From: Eledone cirrhosa
Lineage: Eukaryota
Assembly: GCA_964016885.1 (NCBI GenBank)
Contig: OZ024744.1
Span: forward strand, 82,212,001-82,276,000
Direction of reading: 5' to 3'
DNA: 64,000 nucleotides
Under the pieces are notes generated by a model. The model did no database searches, was not told the origin of the DNA, and saw only the letters and a program-made list of their open reading frames with translations. Of the stretch, positions 40,968 through 55,000 are shown in pieces. Numbering within the stretch: position 1 is the stretch's first letter; the number at the start of each line of letters is the position of its first letter. A program made the translations under genes and the position numbers.

Positions 40968-42860
40968 ACCTGTGTGATCCCTGGCAAACCTATCCACGGC
41001 AATCACCACTTTAGGTGATACACCGCAAAACTGATCGGAAGTCGTTCTGGTTCTGGTGGAACACTGACCAATTTAGATCAGTTCAAAGCTTTTAAAGGGG
41101 AGTGACCATCGCTACGTGGTGGCTGTTGTAAAAGAAGTTGGTTTCGGCCCTGTTTTTAGAAGCACTGTCGCAGCGACATCTGTTCGGTGGTCTAACTAAT
41201 TGGTCACTTATTAGAACCGTTTCATATCAAACGCTCGGTCCGTCAGGAATGCCTCCCCCCTCCTCCTCCTCCCCTTCCCTGTGTTAGCTTGAGAACCCTT
41301 ACTGCAAAGAATGGAAATCTTAAGAAGAATTCTGCTTTACACTCGGTCTCAGGAGAGCCGTGTTTTCGTCACTGTCCTGGTATCAGACACTTCAAATATA
41401 GAAGAGGTCGGAATTAGCAAGTTATTTGAGTTGACATTAACCGAGATAAGTCAGTAGACTTGCAAGTCGGTTCGTAGAAAGCCAGGTCCTAAACTGTCAG
41501 TGACATTTCCGCTGCTGATCTGACAGTCAATGTACTTGCTATCTGGTTTCAACCGGACACCTCTAAGTAGACAAAAACTGGGAGTAGGTCACAAACAAAG
41601 TAGCGAATCTCACTCTGAAATGGGCAGAGTGAGACTCGCAGCTTTTCCTCAAATCTCGAGCGGATGTGGCAAACACTTACTTGCACTACCGCCTGACCGT
41701 CGTAGCCTGCACCCCCCCCCCCCAATTGACCAGACTGGAACGCATGCTCTTTCACTTTTGTTGTGGAAGAGACAAATTCCGTTGGTAAGAACATCCATCC
41801 ATCTGCTAGCAACATCCATTTCATAATGATATGCAAACACGTGCTACGGCTAAGGCCACAACGGAAATTACCTAAATTACAGCAACGATGATGTCAATAT
41901 AGGCAAAACCCAACCAGTGTTGGCGCCTTTCGTACTGCATGTCTTTCCGCAGCTCGTCTCCTTGACTGAGCTACAGGGTAAAGCGCAGAGCAAGGTTTGG
42001 TACCTGGTGTCTAGAGTGCTGTCAGATACACACGTCACTTTACCAGCTGAACAACGTGATAAGCAGCCAGAAAACAGCATTTGCGTTCTATAGTGTATTA
42101 TTGGAAGGTATGAGTGACGATGGCCTGGGAGTGTCTCTGGATGTTGACGAGGACAGTCTGAACAGGCTCATCTGGAGGACTGTCAGTTCGGGTGGATTGG
42201 CAGTATCGATAGAGAGTCGGACGCCATGCTTTCCAGCATAGTTACGTCCCTTTACGATCTGAGTTCAAATCCCGCCGAGGTTGACTTTGCCTTTCATCCT
42301 TACGGGGTCGATAAAATAAAGTACCAGTAATGTACTGGGTAATTAGTGGCCTTGTGCCAAAAAGTAGAAACAATTATTGACAATTTTCAAAAGTACTTGT
42401 CATGGCAGTAGTACAGAGGAGCGGTACGTGTTCAAGACAAGTTTTACGGGCACAGAAGTGTCAACAATAGCCAGACCTGTCAGAGATATATGCAGGGCGA
42501 TGAAACCGTCCTACATGCTATCGCCCAGTGCCCGTGCTTTGCAGATTTGTGGGCTTTGGTCTATTTTAGAAGAGAAGTGTAGTAAGTCTTCTTCTCTCTG
42601 GTAGCTGTAGTGATTGAGGCCATAGGGTGAACACGTCTAAAAGGTTTGAGGACTGGAAGCTCCCTCTACAGCCAAGCCTTCATCAACTCTGTCAAGTATC
42701 ACACGAAGAGGAAGGTGAAGGTAGAGAGAGAGGAGTGTTGCTTTCTAGTTCTTTTTTTATGAAAGACGGGTAAAAACGTTGAGATTGACGTGGTAGAATG
42801 GGTCTACTCTTATTATGCTTCTAAACTGGAGGAAAGAAACAGGATAGGGGTCTTTCAATA
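40968..42860 (+). mobile_element. Decayed L1/Tx1-clade LINE ORF2 remnant
   Basis: TCVIPGKPIHGNHH (cf. QTCGIPGRSIHDNL), NLDQFKAF..DH, GFGP.F, and a 3' CCHC-like knuckle TCQRYMQGDETVLHAIAQCP (~42470-42533). Confidence 0.72.
42189..42378 (+). mobile_element. tRNA-derived SINE nested in the Tx1-like LINE
   Basis: Near-consensus copy. Confidence 0.92.
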
Positions 42861-42994
42861 CCCGTGATGTGACAGAGTAATCCGGGGTTTTGTGTGGGGC
42901 TCTTCCCTCCGATTCCCCTATTGAGGTAGTGTTCCAAGTTGACATTTGTTATTTTTTGTGTTATTAACATGATTAATTAATATTATTGCTATAA

Positions 42995-43130
42995 GTTAAC
43001 CTCGGCGGGGTCTGAGTACAAATCCCACCGAGGTTAGCTTTGCCTTTCAACGTTACGGGGTCGATAAAATAAAGTACCAGTAATGTACTGGGATAATTGC
43101 TGGCCTTGTGCCAATAGTAGAAACAATTAT
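42995..43130 (+). mobile_element. 5'-truncated SINE with short 5' inversion and TSD
   Basis: AAGTTAACCTCGGCGGG is inverted relative to CCCACCGAGGTTAGCTT; ATTATTGCTATAA occurs on both sides. Confidence 0.8.
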
Positions 43131-43313
43131 TGCTATAACAACTATTTTCATTTTTCATGATGTCCTCTTTTCTACTAATCGATGTAAATACCACTCTGTG
43201 ATGTTTTTGTCCTTGTATTGTCTTCAATATCTTGGATCCTTGCAGGTAGCGACTTGCTGTTTATTAGGGCAAATTTTCCGGTTAAATAACAACAATGACT
43301 GAGATACGAAAAT

Positions 43314-43535
43314 GATAATTGCCTATATAGGCACACGGCCAGCAATTTTGAGGGAGAGGAAAGTCGATTAAATCGACCTCAGCGCGCGACTGGTACTTTA
43401 TTTTATCGACCCCGTAAGGATGAAAGGTAAAGTTAACCTCGGCGGGATTTGAACTTAGATCATAAAGGGGCGTAACTCTATGCTGCAAAGCATGGCGTTC
43501 GACCCTCTCCCGATACTGCCAATCCACCGCCCCTT
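43314..43535 (-). mobile_element. tRNA-derived SINE, full length
   Basis: Reverse complement of the consensus, ending ..ccaatccaccgccc. Confidence 0.92.
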
Positions 43536-43574
43536 GATACCAAAATGATAATGATTACTATTATTATTATAGCA

Positions 43575-43680
43575 ACACCAGTAGTCGACTGATACTTCAT
43601 TTTATCGAGACCTGACAGATTAAAGGCAAAGTTTATCTCACCGGGAATTGAACTCAGAACGTAAAGGGCTAAATCAAATA
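43575..43680 (-). mobile_element. Old SINE fragment
   Basis: cttcattttatcgag..aaaggcaaagt..ttgaactcagaacgtaaag. Confidence 0.65.
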
Positions 43681-44239
43681 GAGAAAGGACATTTTCCACC
43701 TTCATTTAGATCATAATCTATATCATAATAACGCAACAGCCTTTTTATCCGTCTGTCACACAAACGTTGCAATCTGTCAGAAACGTGAGATTTATATCTA
43801 GAATTCACGGAACACAAATGTAACAAAAAAGAGGCAAAATGTTTTTAAATGCTTTCACTCATATCAGAAAACACTGTTCTCTGTCAACGATATTCTCACA
43901 ATTTCGTTTCTAATTTCTTTATATTTCTGTATACATGTATATATATATATATATAATCTACAATCATAGCATTGTTAACATCTATTGAAATAACCGAAAT
44001 TTACTTATTTGATCCGCAAAACTACATTATGTAGTGGTTATAGTAATAACTATAGACATTTATATAGCGTCAACAACAATAGAAAATATTTAGATAAATA
44101 AATAAATGAATAAATAAGTTAGTATTACTAACTCAAGAGATCAGTATATGCCACGTTAAATAAATACGTCGTATCAGTATTGGTTACGAGAAGAATAATA
44201 TCACACGTGTGACAATAAAATATTTTATTAAGTAGGAAA

Positions 44240-44720
44240 CGATGAATAGAGCCAGTGATGGATATGGAAGTGGAATGATATGGTTGAATCATGTGCTGAG
44301 GAAGGATGAAAGTGATTGGGAGAGAAGAGTGATAGGAATAAAGCCGATCAATGTTGTAAAGAGAAATGGAATGAGATGGTTGGGTCATGTGTTAAGGAAG
44401 GAGGAAATGTACTGGGGTGAGAGGAGTGATGGGAATATAGCTGTGGAGAGAAATAGAATAGGATGGTTGGGTCTTGTGTTGAGGAAGGATGCAATTGATG
44501 GTGGTGAGAGGAGTGATGGGAATAAATATGGAAAGAAGTAGAAGGGGAACACCAAAAAGGACATGACTGGAGATAATGGAGACGGAAATGAAAAACAGTG
44601 TTTTGATGAGTTGTGAGGTGTGCAGACAATAAGACAAAATGGAGAAGCTTGGCATAGGACCCGCATGTCTAGCCCTCCACGTTAGCAGGTAAAATGGTCA
44701 TTTTAAAAGGTCGTGTATAC
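44240..44720 (+). mobile_element. RTE LINE 3' end with triplicated RW.GHVLRK segment
   Basis: WLNHVLRKD / RWLGHVLRKE / WLGLVLRKD, then RGTPKRT. Confidence 0.75.
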
Positions 44721-45340
44721 ACCTCCCTTTTATCCTTTTACTCTTTTACTTGTATCAGTCATTGTATGGATGGTTGTAAGGAGGATAACATAACATACAT
44801 TCCATAACTATTGACTTTTACTGAATGTTTTGTAATTATTTACATTTTTTTTTGGGGGGGGGGGGGTGGGTGATTTTTTTTGGTATATTTTAATATAATA
44901 TATTTAGTGCACTAGCCGAGGGAATTCTGTGGTAATACGACTGTTCAGGATAAAATAAATACACAAACTGTACAGAATAACATGTATTGAGTACTCCATT
45001 AAATATAGTCTTAGCTTTTTAACAAACAGTTATTGGTTACCATAATGCTACACAATGGGCTCAAAACCGAATTCATATCAATTTAAAGAGAACCTCTTTA
45101 AAATACACCGATTCTTCTGCCTACCTACCACACACATTGATGTATGTGTGTATATATATATATATAAACGCATAAGTATATATTTATATGCACGCACTCA
45201 CATACACACTCATACACACACTCACATACATATATATATATACATATATACATATATATATAATATATATGTAATATATATATATATATATATATGTGTG
45301 TGTATATATATATATATGTGCGTGTGTGTGTGTTTATATA

Positions 45341-45429
<89 letters not shown>

Positions 45430-46089
45430 CAGATAAACATCTCTTGGAACGGTCGATACAGGCATGCCAAAATCATGAATTATTCTGATGTGCTATTACA
45501 CGGCAGTTTATACTCGAAATAATGATATATCAAGGTTTAGCGTATCAGAAATATATGGTGTAAATTCTTAGCCATTCTGCACTGTGTAATGTCAAATGTT
45601 TTTATTGATTTTCTTCTAGTTCAATAAAACACGTGAAGTTATAGAATGCCCATTACATTTTCCTTTAATAACACAACTGGTACGTACACAATTCTCTAGT
45701 TGAACTCTCGTTTATGGGGGATGCAGGTTGTTCAACACCATCTCATAGTATGTTAAAGGACATTTTCATATATGTATGGCAGTGTTGGTGCAGGCGTGAT
45801 CCGTTTTGTTTAGTACCAGATCAATTCTGATCCGACACTGATATGATGGAAGATATTCTATCCATGTTCATTTCATATTTTTAAGGCAATAAGAGTGAGA
45901 GTATTCAGCAGTGTGATTTCCTTGTTGAAGATTATGACTTGTTATTTCTACCAGATAAATCGCCAGCTTAGAAGTGTTTGTATAGTTCTGATGTGTAATA
46001 TGGTGGTCATGTTATTTGGTGTGTTGGAGTTAGTGACATTGCATATGAAATACATTTCTTCAAAATGGCAGGGTCTGATTTGAAGGAGA

Positions 46090-49000
46090 TTTGTATATGG
46101 TAGTGTTGGTGTGGTGTATGATAGTGTTGGTGTGGTGTATGGAAGTGTTGGTGTGGTGTATGGTAGTGTTGGTGAGGTGTATGGTAGTGTTGGTGTGGTG
46201 GTGTATAGTAGTGTTGGTGTGGTGTATGGTAGTGTTGGTGTGGGGTATGGTAGTGTTGGTGTGGCGTATTGTAGTGTTGGTGTGGTGTATGGTAGTGTTG
46301 GTGTGGTGTATGGTAGTGTTGGTGTGGTGTATGGTAGTGTTGATGTGGTGTATGGTAGTGTTGGTGTGGTGTATGGTAGTGTTGGTGTGGTGTATGATAG
46401 TGTTGGTGTGGTGTATGGTAGTGTTGGTGTGGTGCATGGTAGTGTTGGTGTGGTGTATGGTGGTGTTGGTGTGATGTATGGTAGTGTTGGTGTGGTGTAT
46501 GGCAGTGTTGGTGTGGTGTATGATAGTGTTGGTGTGGTGTATGGAAGTGTTGGTGTGGTGTATGGTAGTGTTGGTGTGGTGTATGGTAGTGTTGGTGTGG
46601 TGGTGTATAGTAGTGTTGGTGTGGTGTATGGTAGTGTTGGTGTGGGGTATGGTGGTGTTGGTGTGGCGTATTGTAGTGTTGGTGTGGTGTATGGTAGTGT
46701 TGGTGTGGTGTATGGTAGTGTTGGTGTGGTGTATGGTAGTGTTGGTGTGGTGTATGGTAGTGTTGGTGTGGTGGTGTATAGTAGTGTTGGTGTGGTGTAT
46801 GGCAGTGTTGGTGTGGTGTATGATAGTGTTGGTGTGGTGTATGGAAGTGTTGGTGTGGTGTATGGTAGTGTTGGTGTGGTGTATGGTAGTGTTGGTGTGG
46901 TGGTGTATAGTAGTGTTGGTGTGGTGTATGGTAGTGTTGGTGTGGGGTATGGTGGTGTTGGTGTGGCGTATTGTAGTGTTGGTGTGGTGTATGGTAGTGT
47001 TGGTGTGGTGTATGGTAGTGTTGGTGTGGTGTATGGTAGTGTTGATGTGGTGTATGGTAGTGTTGGTGTGGTGTATGGTAGTGTTGGTGTGGTGTATGGT
47101 AGTGTTGGTGTGGTGTATTGTAGTGTTGGTGTGGTGTATGGTAGTGTTGGTGTGGTGTATGGTGGTGTTGGTGTGGTGTATGGTAGTGTTGGTGTGGTGT
47201 ATGGTAGTGTTGATGTGGTGTATGGTAGTGTTGGTGTGGTGTATGGTAGTGTTGGTGTGGTGTATTGTAGTGTTGGTGTGGTGTATGGTAGTGTTGGTGT
47301 GGTGTATGGTGGTGTTGGTGTGGTGTATGGTAGTGTTGATGTGGTGTATGGTAGTGTTGGTGTGGTGTATGGTAGTGTTGGTGTGGTGTATTGTAGTGTT
47401 GGTGTGGTGTATGGTAGTGTTGGTGTGGTGTATGGTGGTGTTGGTGTGGTGTATGGTAGTGTTGATGTGGTGTATGGTAGTGTTGATGTGGTGTATGGTA
47501 GTGTTGATGTGGTGTATGGTAGTGATGGTGTGGTGTATTGTAGTGTTGGTGTGGTGTATGGTGGTGTTGGTGTGGTGTATGGTAGTGTTGGTGTGGTGTA
47601 TGGTAGTGTTGATGTGGTGTATGGTAGTGTTGGTGTGGTGTATGGTAGTGTTGGTGTGGTGTATTGTAGTGTTGGTGTGGTGTATGGTAGTGTTGGTGTG
47701 GTGTATGGTGGTGTTGGTGTGGTGTATGGTAGTGTTGATGTGGTGTATGGTAGTGTTGATGTGGTGTATGGTAGTGTTGGTGTGGTGTATGGTAGTGTTG
47801 GTGTGGTGTATTGTAGTGTTGGTGTGGTGTATGGTAGTGTTGGTGTGGTGTATGGTAGTGTTGGTGTGGTGTATGGTAGTGTTGATGTGGTGTATGGTAG
47901 TGTTGGTGTGGTGTATGGTAGTGTTGGTGTGGTGTATGATAGTGTTGGTGTGGTGTATGGTAGTGTTGGTGTGGTGCATGGTAGTGTTGGTGTGGTGTAT
48001 GGTGGTGTTGGTGTGATGTATGGTAGTGTTGGTGTGGTGTATGGCAGTGTTGGTGTGGTGTATGATAGTGTTGGTGTGGTGTATGGAAGTGTTGGTGTGG
48101 TGTATGGTAGTGTTGGTGTGGTGTATGGTAGTGTTGGTGTGGTGGTGTATAGTAGTGTTGGTGTGGTGTATGGTAGTGTTGGTGTGGGGTATGGTGGTGT
48201 TGGTGTGGCGTATTGTAGTGTTGGTGTGGTGTATGGTAGTGTTGGTGTGGTGTATGGTAGTGTTGGTGTGGTGTATGGTAGTGTTGATGTGGTGTATGGT
48301 AGTGTTGGTGTGGTGTATGGTAGTGTTGGTGTGGTGTATTGTAGTGTTGGTGTGGTGTATGGTGGTGTTGGTGTGGTGTATGGTAGTGTTGGTGTGGTGT
48401 ATGGTAGTGTTGATGTGGTGTATGGTAGTGTTGGTGTGGTGTATGGTAGTGTTGGTGTGGTGTATTGTAGTGTTGGTGTGGTGTATGGTAGTGTTGGTGT
48501 GGTGTATGGTAGTGTTGGTGTGGTGTATGGTGGTGTTGGTGTGTGTATGGTAGTGTTGGTGTGGTGTATGGTAGTGTTGGTGTGGTGTATGGTAGTGTAG
48601 GTGTGGTGTATGGTAGTGTTGGTGTGGTGTATGGTAGTGTTGGTGTGGTGTATGGTAGTGTTGCTGTGGTGTATGGTAGTGTTGGTGTGGCGTATTGTAG
48701 TGTTGGTGTGGTGTATGGTGGTGTTGGTGTGGTGTATGGTAGTGGTGGTGTGGTGTATGGTAGTGTTGATGTGGTGTATGGTAGTGTTGGTGTGGTGTAT
48801 GGTAGTGTTGGTGTGGTGTATTGTAGTGTTGGTGTGGTGTATGGTAGTGTTGGTGTGGTGTATGGTAGTGTTGGTGTGGTGTATGGTGGTGTTGGTGTGG
48901 TGTATGGTAGTGTTGGTGTGGTGTATGGTAGTGTTGGTGTGGTGTATGGTAGTGTTGGTGTGGTGTATGGTAGTGTTGGTGTGCTGTATGGTAGTGTTGG

Positions 49001-52000
49001 TGTGGTGTATGGTAGTGTTGGTGTGGTGTATGGTAGTATTGGTGTGGTGTATTGTAGTGTTGGTGTGGTGTATGGTAGTGTTGGTGAGGTGTATGGTAGT
49101 GTTGGTGTGGTGTATGGTAGTGTTGGTGTGGTGTATGGTAGTGTTGGTGTGGTGAATGGTAGTGTTGGTGTGCTGTACGGTAGTGTTGGTGTGGTGTATG
49201 GTAGTGTTGGTGTGGTGTATGGTAGTGTTGGTGTGGTGTATGGCACTGTTGGTGTGGTGTATGGTAGTATTGGTGTGTTGTACGGTAGTGTTGGTGTGCT
49301 GTACGGTAGTGTTGGTGTGCTGTATGGTAGTGTTCGTGTGGTGTATGGTAGTGTTGGTGTGGTGTATGGTAGTGTTGGTGTGGTGTATGGTAGTGTTGGT
49401 GTGGTGTATGGTAGTGCTGGTGCGGTGTATGGTAGTGTGTGTGTGGTGTATGGTAGTGTTGGTGTGGTGGTGTATGGTAGTGTTGGTGTGGTGTATGGTA
49501 GTGCTGGTGCGGTGTATGGCAGTGTTGGTGTGGTGTATGGTAGTGTTGGTGTGGTGTATTGTAGTGTTGGTGTGGTATATGGTAGTATTGGTGTGGTGTA
49601 TGGTAGTGTTGATGTGGTGTATGGTAGTGTTAGTGTTATGTATGGTAGTGTTGGTGTGGTGTATGGCAGTGTTGGTGTGGTGTATGGTAGTGTTGGTGTG
49701 GTGTATGGTAGTGTTGGTGTGGTGTATGGTAGTGTTGGTGTGGTGTATGGTAGTGCTGGTGCGGTGTATGGTAGTGTGTGTGTGATGTATGGTAGTGTTG
49801 GTGTGGTGGTGTATGCTTATGTTGGTGTGGTGTATGGTAGTGCTGGTGCGGTGTATGGCAGTGTTGGTGTGGTGTATGGTAGTGTTGGTGTGGTGTATTG
49901 TAGTGTTGGTGTGGTATATGTTAGTATTGGTGTGGTGTATGGTAGTGTTGATGTGGTGTATGGTAGTGTTAGTGTTATGTATGGTAGTGTTGGTGTGGTG
50001 TATGGCAGTGTTGGTGTGGTGTATGGTAGTGTTGGTGTGGTGTATTGTAGTGTTGGTGTGGTGTGTGGTAGTGTTGGTGTGGTGTAGGGTACTGTTGGTG
50101 TGGTGTGTAGTAGTGTTGGTGTGCGGTATGTTATTGTCGGTGTGGTGTATTGTAGTGTTCGTGTGGTGTATGGTGGTGTTGGTGTGGTGTATGGTAGTGT
50201 TGGTGTGGTGTATGGTAGTATTGTTGTGGTGTATGGTAGTGTTGGTGTGGTGTATGGTAGTGTTGGTGTGGTGTATTGTAGTGTTGGTGTGCTGTATGGT
50301 AGAGTTGGTGTGGTGTATGGTAGTGTTGGTGTGGTGTATGGTAGTGTTGGTGTGGTGTATTGTAGTGTTGGTGTGGTGTATGGTGGTGTTGGTGTGGTGT
50401 ATGGTAGTGTTGGTGTGGTGTAGGGTAGTGTTGGTGTGGTGTATGGTAGTGTTGGTGTGGTGTATGGTAGTGGTGGTGTGGTGTATGGCACTGTTAGTGT
50501 GGTGTATGTTAGTGTTGATATGGTGTATGGTAGTGTTGGTATGGTGTATTGTAGTGTTGGTGTGGTGTATGGTAGTGTGGTGTGGTGTATGGTAGTGTTG
50601 GTATGGTGTATTGTAGTATTGGTGTGGTGTATGGTAGTGTGGTGTGGTGTATGGTAGTGTCGTGTGGTGTATGGTAGTGTTGGTGTGGTGAATGGTAGTG
50701 TTGGTCTGCTGTACGGTAGTGTTGGTGTGGTGTATGGTAGTGTTGGTATGGTGTATGGTAGTGTTGGTATGGTGTATTGTAGTATTGGTGTGGTGTATGG
50801 TAGTGTGGTGTATGGTAGTGTTGGTGTGGTGAATGGTAGTGTTGGTCTGCTGTACGGTAGTGTTGGTGTGGTGTATGGTAGTGTTGGTGTGTTGTATGGT
50901 AGTGTTGGGGGTGGTGTATGGTAGTGTTGGTGTGGTGTATGGTAGTGTTTGTTTGGTGTATGTTAGTGTTTGTGTGGTGTATTGTATTGTTGGTGTGGTG
51001 TATGGTAGTGTTGGTGTGGTGTATGGTAGTGTTGGTGTGGTGTATGGTAGTGTTGGTGTGGTGTATGGAAGTGTTGGTGTGGTGTATGGCAGTGTTGGTG
51101 TGGTGTATTGTAGTGTTGGTGTGGTGTATGGTAGTGTTGGTATGGTGTATGGTAGTGTTGGTGTGGTGTATGGTAGTATTGGTGTGTTGTACGGTAGTGT
51201 TGGTGTGTTGTATGGTAGTGTTGGTGTGGTGTATGGTAGTGCTGGTGCGGTGTATGGCAGTGTTGGTGTGGTGTATGGTAGGGTTAGTGTGGTGTATGGT
51301 AGTGATGGTGTGGTGTATGATAGTGTCGGTGTGGTGTATGGTAGTGTTGGTGTGGTGGTGTATGGTAGAGTAGGGGTGGTGTGGTGTATGGTAGTGTTGG
51401 TGTGGTGTATGGTAGAGTAGGGGTGGTGTGTTGTATGGTAGTGTTGGTGTGGTGTATGGTAGTTTTGGTGTGGTGTATGGTAGTGTTGGTGCGGTGTATG
51501 GCAGTGTTGGTGTGCTGTATGGTAGTGTTGGTGTGATGTATGGTAGTGTTGGTGTGGTTTATTTTAGTGTTGGTGTGGTGTATGGTAGAGTTGGTGTGGT
51601 GGTGTATGGTAGTGTTGGTGTGGTGGTGTATGGTAGAGTTGGTGTGGTGGTGTATGGTAGTGTTGGTATGATGTATGGTAGTTTTGGTGTGGTGTATGGT
51701 AGTGTTGGTGTGGTGTATGGTGGTGTTGGTGTGGTGTATGGTAGTGCTGGTGCGGTGTATGGTAGTGTGTGTGTGGTGTATGGTAGTGTTGGTGTGGTGG
51801 TGTATGGTAGTGTTGGTGTGGTGTATGGTAGTGCTGGTGCGGTGTATGGCAGTGTTGGTGTGTGTATGGTAGTGTTGGTGTGGTGTATTGTAGTGTTGGT
51901 GTGGTATATGGTAGTATTGGTGTGGTGTATGGTAGTGTTGATGTGGTGTATGGTAGTGTTAGTGTTATGTATGGTAGTGTTGGTGTGGTGTATGGCAGTG

Positions 52001-55000
52001 TTGGTGTGGTGTATGGTAGTGTTGGTGTGGTGTATTGTAGTGTTGGTGTGGTGTGTGGTAGTGTTGGTGTGGTGTAGGGTACTGTTGGTGTGGTGTGTAG
52101 TAGTGTTGGTGTGCGGTATGTTAGTGTCGGTGTGGTGTATTGTAGTGTTCGTGTGGTGTATGGTGGTGTTGGTGTGGTGTATGGTAGTGTTGGTGTGGTG
52201 TATGGTAGTATTGGTGTGGTGTATGGTAGTGTTGGTGTGGTGTATCGTAGTGTTGGTGTGGTGTATTGTAGTGTTGGTGTGGTGTATGGTAGTGTTGGTG
52301 TGGTGTATGGTAGTGTTGGTGTGGTGTATGGTAGTGTTGGTGTGGTTGATTGTAGTGTTGGTGTGGTGTATGGTGGTGTTGGTGTGGTGTATGGTAGTGT
52401 TGGTGTGGTGTAGGGTAGTGTTGGTGTGGTGTATGGTAGTGTTGGTGTGGTGTATGGTAGTGTTGGTGTGGTGAATGGTAGTGTTGGTCTGCTGTACGAT
52501 AGTGTTGGTGTGGTGTATGGTAGTGTTGGTGTGGTGTATGGTAGTGTTGGTGTGGTGTATGTTAGTGTTGGTGTGGTGTACGATAGTGTTGGTGTGGTGT
52601 ATGGTAGTGTTGGTGTGGTGTATGGCAGCGTTGGTGTTTGTGTAACCTAGTGTTGGTGTAGTGTATGGTAGTGTTGGTGTGGTGTATGGTAGTGTTGGTG
52701 TGGTGTATGTTAGTGTTGGTGTGGTGTACGATAGTGTTGGTGTGGTGTATGGTAGTGTTGGTGTGGTGTATGGTAGTGTTGGTGTGGTGTATGTTAGTGT
52801 TGGTGTGGTGTACGGTAGTGTTGGTGTGGTGTATTGTAGTGTTGGTGTGGTGTACGGTAGTGTTGGTGTGGTGTATGGTAGTGTTGGTGTGGTGTATGGT
52901 AGTGTTGGTGTGGTGTATTGTAGTGTTGGTGTGGTGTATGGTAGTGTTGGTGTGGTGTATGGTAGTGTGGTGTGGTGTATTGTAGTGTTGGTGTGGTGTA
53001 TGGAAGTGTTGGTGTGGTGTATGGTAGTGTTGGTGTGGTGTATTGTAGTGTTGGTGTGGTGTATGTTAGTGTTGGTGTGATGTATGGTAGTGTTGGTGTG
53101 GTGTATGGCAGCGTTGGTGTGGTGTATGGTAGTGTTGGTGTGGTGTATGGTAGTGTTGGTGTTTGTGTAACCTAGTGTTGGTGTAGTGTATGGTAGTGTT
53201 GGTGTGGTGTATTGTAGTGTTGGTGTGGTGTATGGTGGTGTTGGTGTGGTGTATGTTAGTGTTGGTGTGGTGTATGGTAGTGTTGGTGTGGTGTATGTTA
53301 GTGTTGGTGTGGTGTACGGTAGTGTTGGTGTGGTGTATGGTAGTGTTGGTGTGGTGTATGGTAGTGTTGGTGTGGTGTATGTTAGTGTTGGTGTGTTGTA
53401 CGGTAGTGTTGGTGTGGTGTATTGTAGTGTTGGTGTGGTGTATGGTAGTGTTGGTGTGGTGTATGGTAGTGTTGGTGTGGTGCAAGGTGGTGTTGGTGTG
53501 GTGTATTGTAGTGTTGGTGTGGTGTATGGTAGTGTTGGTGTGGTGTATGGTAGTGTTGGTGTGGTGTATGGTAGTATTGGTGTGGTGTATGATAGTGTTG
53601 GTGTGGTGTATGGTAGTGCTGGTGTGGTGTATGGTAGTGTTGGTGTGCTGTATGATAGTGTTGGTGTGGTGTATGGTAGTATTGGTATGGTGTATGGTAG
53701 TGTTGGTGTGGTGTATGGTGGTATTGGTGTGTTGTACGGTAGTGTTGGTGTGTTGTATGGTAGTGTTGGTGTGGTATATGGTAGTGTTGGTGTTGTCTAT
53801 GGCAGTGTTGGTGTGGTGTATGGTAGTGTTAGTGTGGTGTATGGTAGTGATGGTGTGGTGTCTGATAGTGATGGTGTGGTGTATGGTAGTGTTGGTGTGG
53901 TGGTGTATGGTAGAGTAGGGGTGGTGTGGTGTATGGTAGTGTTGGTGTGGTGTATGGTAGAGTAGGGGTGGTGTGTTGTATGGTAGTGTTGGTGTGGTGT
54001 ATGGTAGTGTTGGTGTGGTGTATGGTAGTGCTGGTGCGGTGTATGGCAGTGTTGGTGTGCTGTATGGTAGTGTTGGTGTGCTGTATGGTAGTGTTGGTGT
54101 GGTTTATTGTAGTGTTGGTGTGGTGTATGGTAGAGTTGGTGTGGTGGTGTATGGTAGTGTTGGTACGATGTATGGTAGTTTTGGTGTGGTGTATGGTAGT
54201 GTTGGTGTGGTGTATGGTGGTGTTGGTGTGGTGTATGGTAGTGTCGGTGTGTTGTATGGTAGAGTTGGTGTGGTGGTGTATGGTAGTGTTGGTGTGGTGT
54301 ATGGCAGTGTTGGTGTGGTGTATTGTAGTGTTAGTGTGGTGTATGGTAGTGTTGGTGTGGAGTATGGTAGTGTTGGTGTGGTTTGTGGTAGTGTTGGTGT
54401 GGTGTATGGTAGTGTTAGTGTGGTGTATGTTAGTGTTGGAGTGGTGTTTTGTAGTGTTGGTGTGGTGTATGGTAGTGTTGGTGTGGTGTATGGCAGTGTT
54501 GGTGTAGTGTATGGTAGTGTTGGTGTGGTGTATGGTAGTGTTGGTGTGGTGTATGGTAGTGTTGTTGTGGTGTATGGTAGTGTTGGTGTGGTGTATGGTA
54601 CTGTTGGTGTGGTGTATGGTAGTGTTGGTGTGGTGTATGGTAGTGTTTGTGTGGTGTATGGTAGTGTTGGTGTGGTGTATGGTAGTGTTGGTGTGATGTA
54701 TGTTAGTGTTGGTGTGATGTATGGTAGTGGTGGTGTGGTGTATGGTAGTGTTGGTGTGATGTATGGTATTGTTGGTGTGGTGTATTGTAGGGTTGCTGTG
54801 GTGTATGGTAGTGTTGGTGTGGCGTATTGTAGTGTTGGTGTGGTGTATGGTAGTGTTGATGTGGTATATGGTAGTGTGGGTGTGGTGTATTGTAGTGTTG
54901 GTGTGGTATATGGCAGTGTTGGTGTGGTGTATGGTAGTGTTGGTATGGTGTATTGAAGTGTTGGTGTGGTATATGTTAGTGTTGGTGTGGTGTATGGTAG

